DNA of 63,032 nt, counting the filler, from Hausera hauseri (taxonomy: Eukaryota), in the NCBI GenBank assembly GCA_046269625.1. It is 10 parts of 10 records of this genome, joined end to end, with 100 filler letters (N's around TTAATTAATTAA, not from the genome) between each part and the next. Parts side by side here need not be neighbours in the genome. Positions count along the whole stretch, not along the records: positions 57,724 to 63,032 come from JBJURY010283616.1; 9 more parts are not named here. One strand, given 5' to 3'. Positions 60,787 through 63,032 of the stretch are shown one piece after another. Both the position numbers and the translations under genes were made by a program. The notes beneath the pieces are model-generated. The model had not been told where the DNA came from. It was given only the letters and a program-made list of their open reading frames with translations, and did no database searches. The number at the start of each line of letters is the position of its first letter. The first letter of the stretch is position 1.

Positions 60787-63032
60787 ATGTATGAAGCGAG
60801 AATCCGTATCAAGCCCGTAAAAGTTGCATTGGAAAGTCATGTAAGGAAAATAAGCAACTTTGAAGGTGAAACATCGGTGACGCTTTCAGAGAAATTGAAA
60901 CCTCTGTCTACAAATTATGCTATAAATGATGATAGCAAAACGTCTGTTCGTATTGAAAGGACTAAAAGACGTGAAGATATAGGATTAAACGGAGGTAATA
61001 AAAGGGTTGAAAATGACACACATGATAAAGACGAAAAATTTGCTGTCCAAGCTGACACTAAGAAGAAACAGATACGTTGTGGAGGATGGAATTCCACAGT
61101 GGATTCAACTGATATCCAGACATATTATGAGCTCATCGTTATTATAAACAAAAATCTGAATATTAAAGAAGGATTCATTTTATTCCGTGCTGGAAGACCG
61201 TTACGTACGGATAGAGAAGTGAAAAATCTAAAACATGGCTCAACAATTCAAACGATGTTTCTGTTGAGAGGAGGAAGTGAATTGACTTCAGAGGAGCTTG
61301 AAGACCGCATGGCTGAGCGACGGAGATCTACAAATGAATTAACCTCGATTAGAAGGAGATTAATGAATGTAAATTTAAGCGATTACGACTACAATGTATT
61401 TTACCAAAATTATGAAAGAAATTTTTCAAAGGTCCAAGAAGAGCTGTTTTTGTTGGCAACTGCAGCCAGAAAGTTGAAGAAAAAAGCAAATGTAACACTA
61501 TTGGAGAACGAAATGGAAAAATTGGACGAACAAAATGAAAAGATTGATGCAATCATACACGAACGGAGTTTGCGAGAGAACAAAATGATCGCTGACGAGA
61601 CAAAACAGATAAGGAATGACGAAATGAGAGAAAAGATAATCTTGACAAAATTACAAAGATTGGAGTTACCAAAATTCAGTGGTGCAATTATAGAATATGA
61701 CCGGTGGCGAAGGACTTTCGACGCGTTTGTAGATAAAACGTCGATGCCCATCTTATGTAAACAATTACAGTTAGAACGGAGCTTGTATGGCGAGACGAAA
61801 AGATTAATAGAAAATTTCGACTTATCGTAGGAAGGGTACAGAGCATGCATGGAAAGTTTGGAATCTTACTATGGTGGCAAACAACGCTCTTATGCAGCGT
61901 TCATGACCGTTCATAAGGTTCCGGACTGTTGAAGAAGGAGACATTATCGGGTTAGATGAGTTCGTAGTGCTGTTAAATGGAATAATAGTAAGATTAAAGA
62001 ATCTAGAAAGAACGGTAGAGCTTCGTGGTGGTTTGCTATATCAAAACTTTATGGAGAAACTCCCAGAATCAATTGTACTATTATGGGAAAGGAATTTCAT
62101 TAAAAAACGGTTAGACAGAACTGTTGAAGAATTGAAAAACTGGGTGGAGATGGAAGCAAGGGTCAGGAGAAACGCCATTGAGAGAGTAAAAGGAATAGAA
62201 ATATTTAACACGAACCAAGGTGGTTGGTACATGTCAGTTGAAGACGGGCGAACATACTTTACAAGGAAATCACTGACAGAAAAGAAAGAATTAGAGGGTT
62301 CTAATTTCAATAAAAGGATAGAGAAAATAAAAAATGGATGCAAATTAATTACTCCAATACAGAGCTGGAAGTTCGGTTCCAAAGATGTTGGAATTATAAT
62401 AAATATGGCCAACGCAGATTCGGGGAAAATTGCAAATATTCTCACGAACCTAGTAAATATGATCAAGAAAGGATATGTAAGTACTTCAAAGAAGGAAAAT
62501 GCAGGTATGGGAAAGACTGTAAGTTCTTATACAAAAAAAATGGTAAAAAAGAAAATGATAACAATAATGGTAACAGAAATGGGCTAGAGCAAGATACCAA
62601 AAGTCCTTGTAAAAGAATAGAGCAAGAGGACCTAGAGATGTCGGAACTTGGGAAGAGAAGGAACAAAGAGATAGGAAGAGTTGAAAACCAGCAAAAGAAC
62701 GTTAGAACCTATGTAACCCAAGGCTCTCAGAATATAAACGAAGAAGAGGTCGTAGCTTTGAGGACAGTGGAAGTATGGTTGAAAAACGGAGAAAAAAGGC
62801 AAAGGGAAATAATGTTGTTGGACGACGCGAGCACGGAGAGTTTCATCGATTCAAAGGTATGCGAAGAATTAGGTATTGATAAGAAGACAGAAAGTCAAAC
62901 GGTGACAGTTTTTGGAGGAAGAAAAATCAAAATGATAATTGATAGGGTTAAAATGGAATTGCTAAGCATGGATCGTTCAATAGATGTCCGTTTCGAAGCA
63001 TTGGCAATGAAGAACCCGACCGGAAAATGAGG
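60787..63032 (+). mobile_element. BEL/Pao LTR retrotransposon gag-protease (Ubl domain, coiled coil, DUF1759-type Gag, CCCH fingers, aspartic protease), disrupted
   Basis: LQRLELPKFSG..YDRWRRTF..L..SLYGE, EKLPE..W..LKNWVEMEAR, VALRTV..LKNG..LLDDASTESFI. Stop at 61828 and frameshifts at about 61930 and 62340. Confidence 0.88.

Noticed and set aside
1-63032. Treating retrovirus, Polinton and BEL genes as one composite system
   Set aside because: They are on separate contigs joined by artificial N/TTAATTAATTAA spacers, so adjacency carries no information.

Overview
This window is not one locus. It is ten unrelated eukaryote-derived contigs joined by artificial 100-nt spacers (44 N + TTAATTAATTAA + 44 N): 1-7394, 7495-11581, 11682-21799, 21900-26137, 26238-33193, 33294-37452, 37553-41965, 42066-46377, 46478-57623 and 57724-63032. 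Contents: (a) five contigs with decayed Polinton/Maverick (adintovirus-like) genes: protein-primed PolB, adenain protease, major and minor capsid, packaging ATPase, integrase, plus an unexpected TBP-fold gene; (b) a complete, circularly assembled epsilon-like (fish-type) retrovirus of about 10.04 kb with intact gag, pro-2H, pol and env; (c) a BEL/Pao retrotransposon whose Gag frame carries a ubiquitin-like domain ending in LRGG and CCCH rather than CCHC fingers; (d) host fragments: CTD small phosphatase, spectrin repeats, C-type lectin and Ig exons, and hAT, LINE, SINE and Gypsy relics. Best leads: (1) the retrovirus has gag, pro-2H and pol in one frame, split by two UGA stops that both sit in classic readthrough contexts (UGA-CUAG and UGA-CAA-UCA) at domain boundaries; (2) the Ubl-LRGG-Gag fusion; (3) the Polinton-linked TBP-like gene. 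All calls are by-eye motif recognition. No database search was run, so novelty is unverified.
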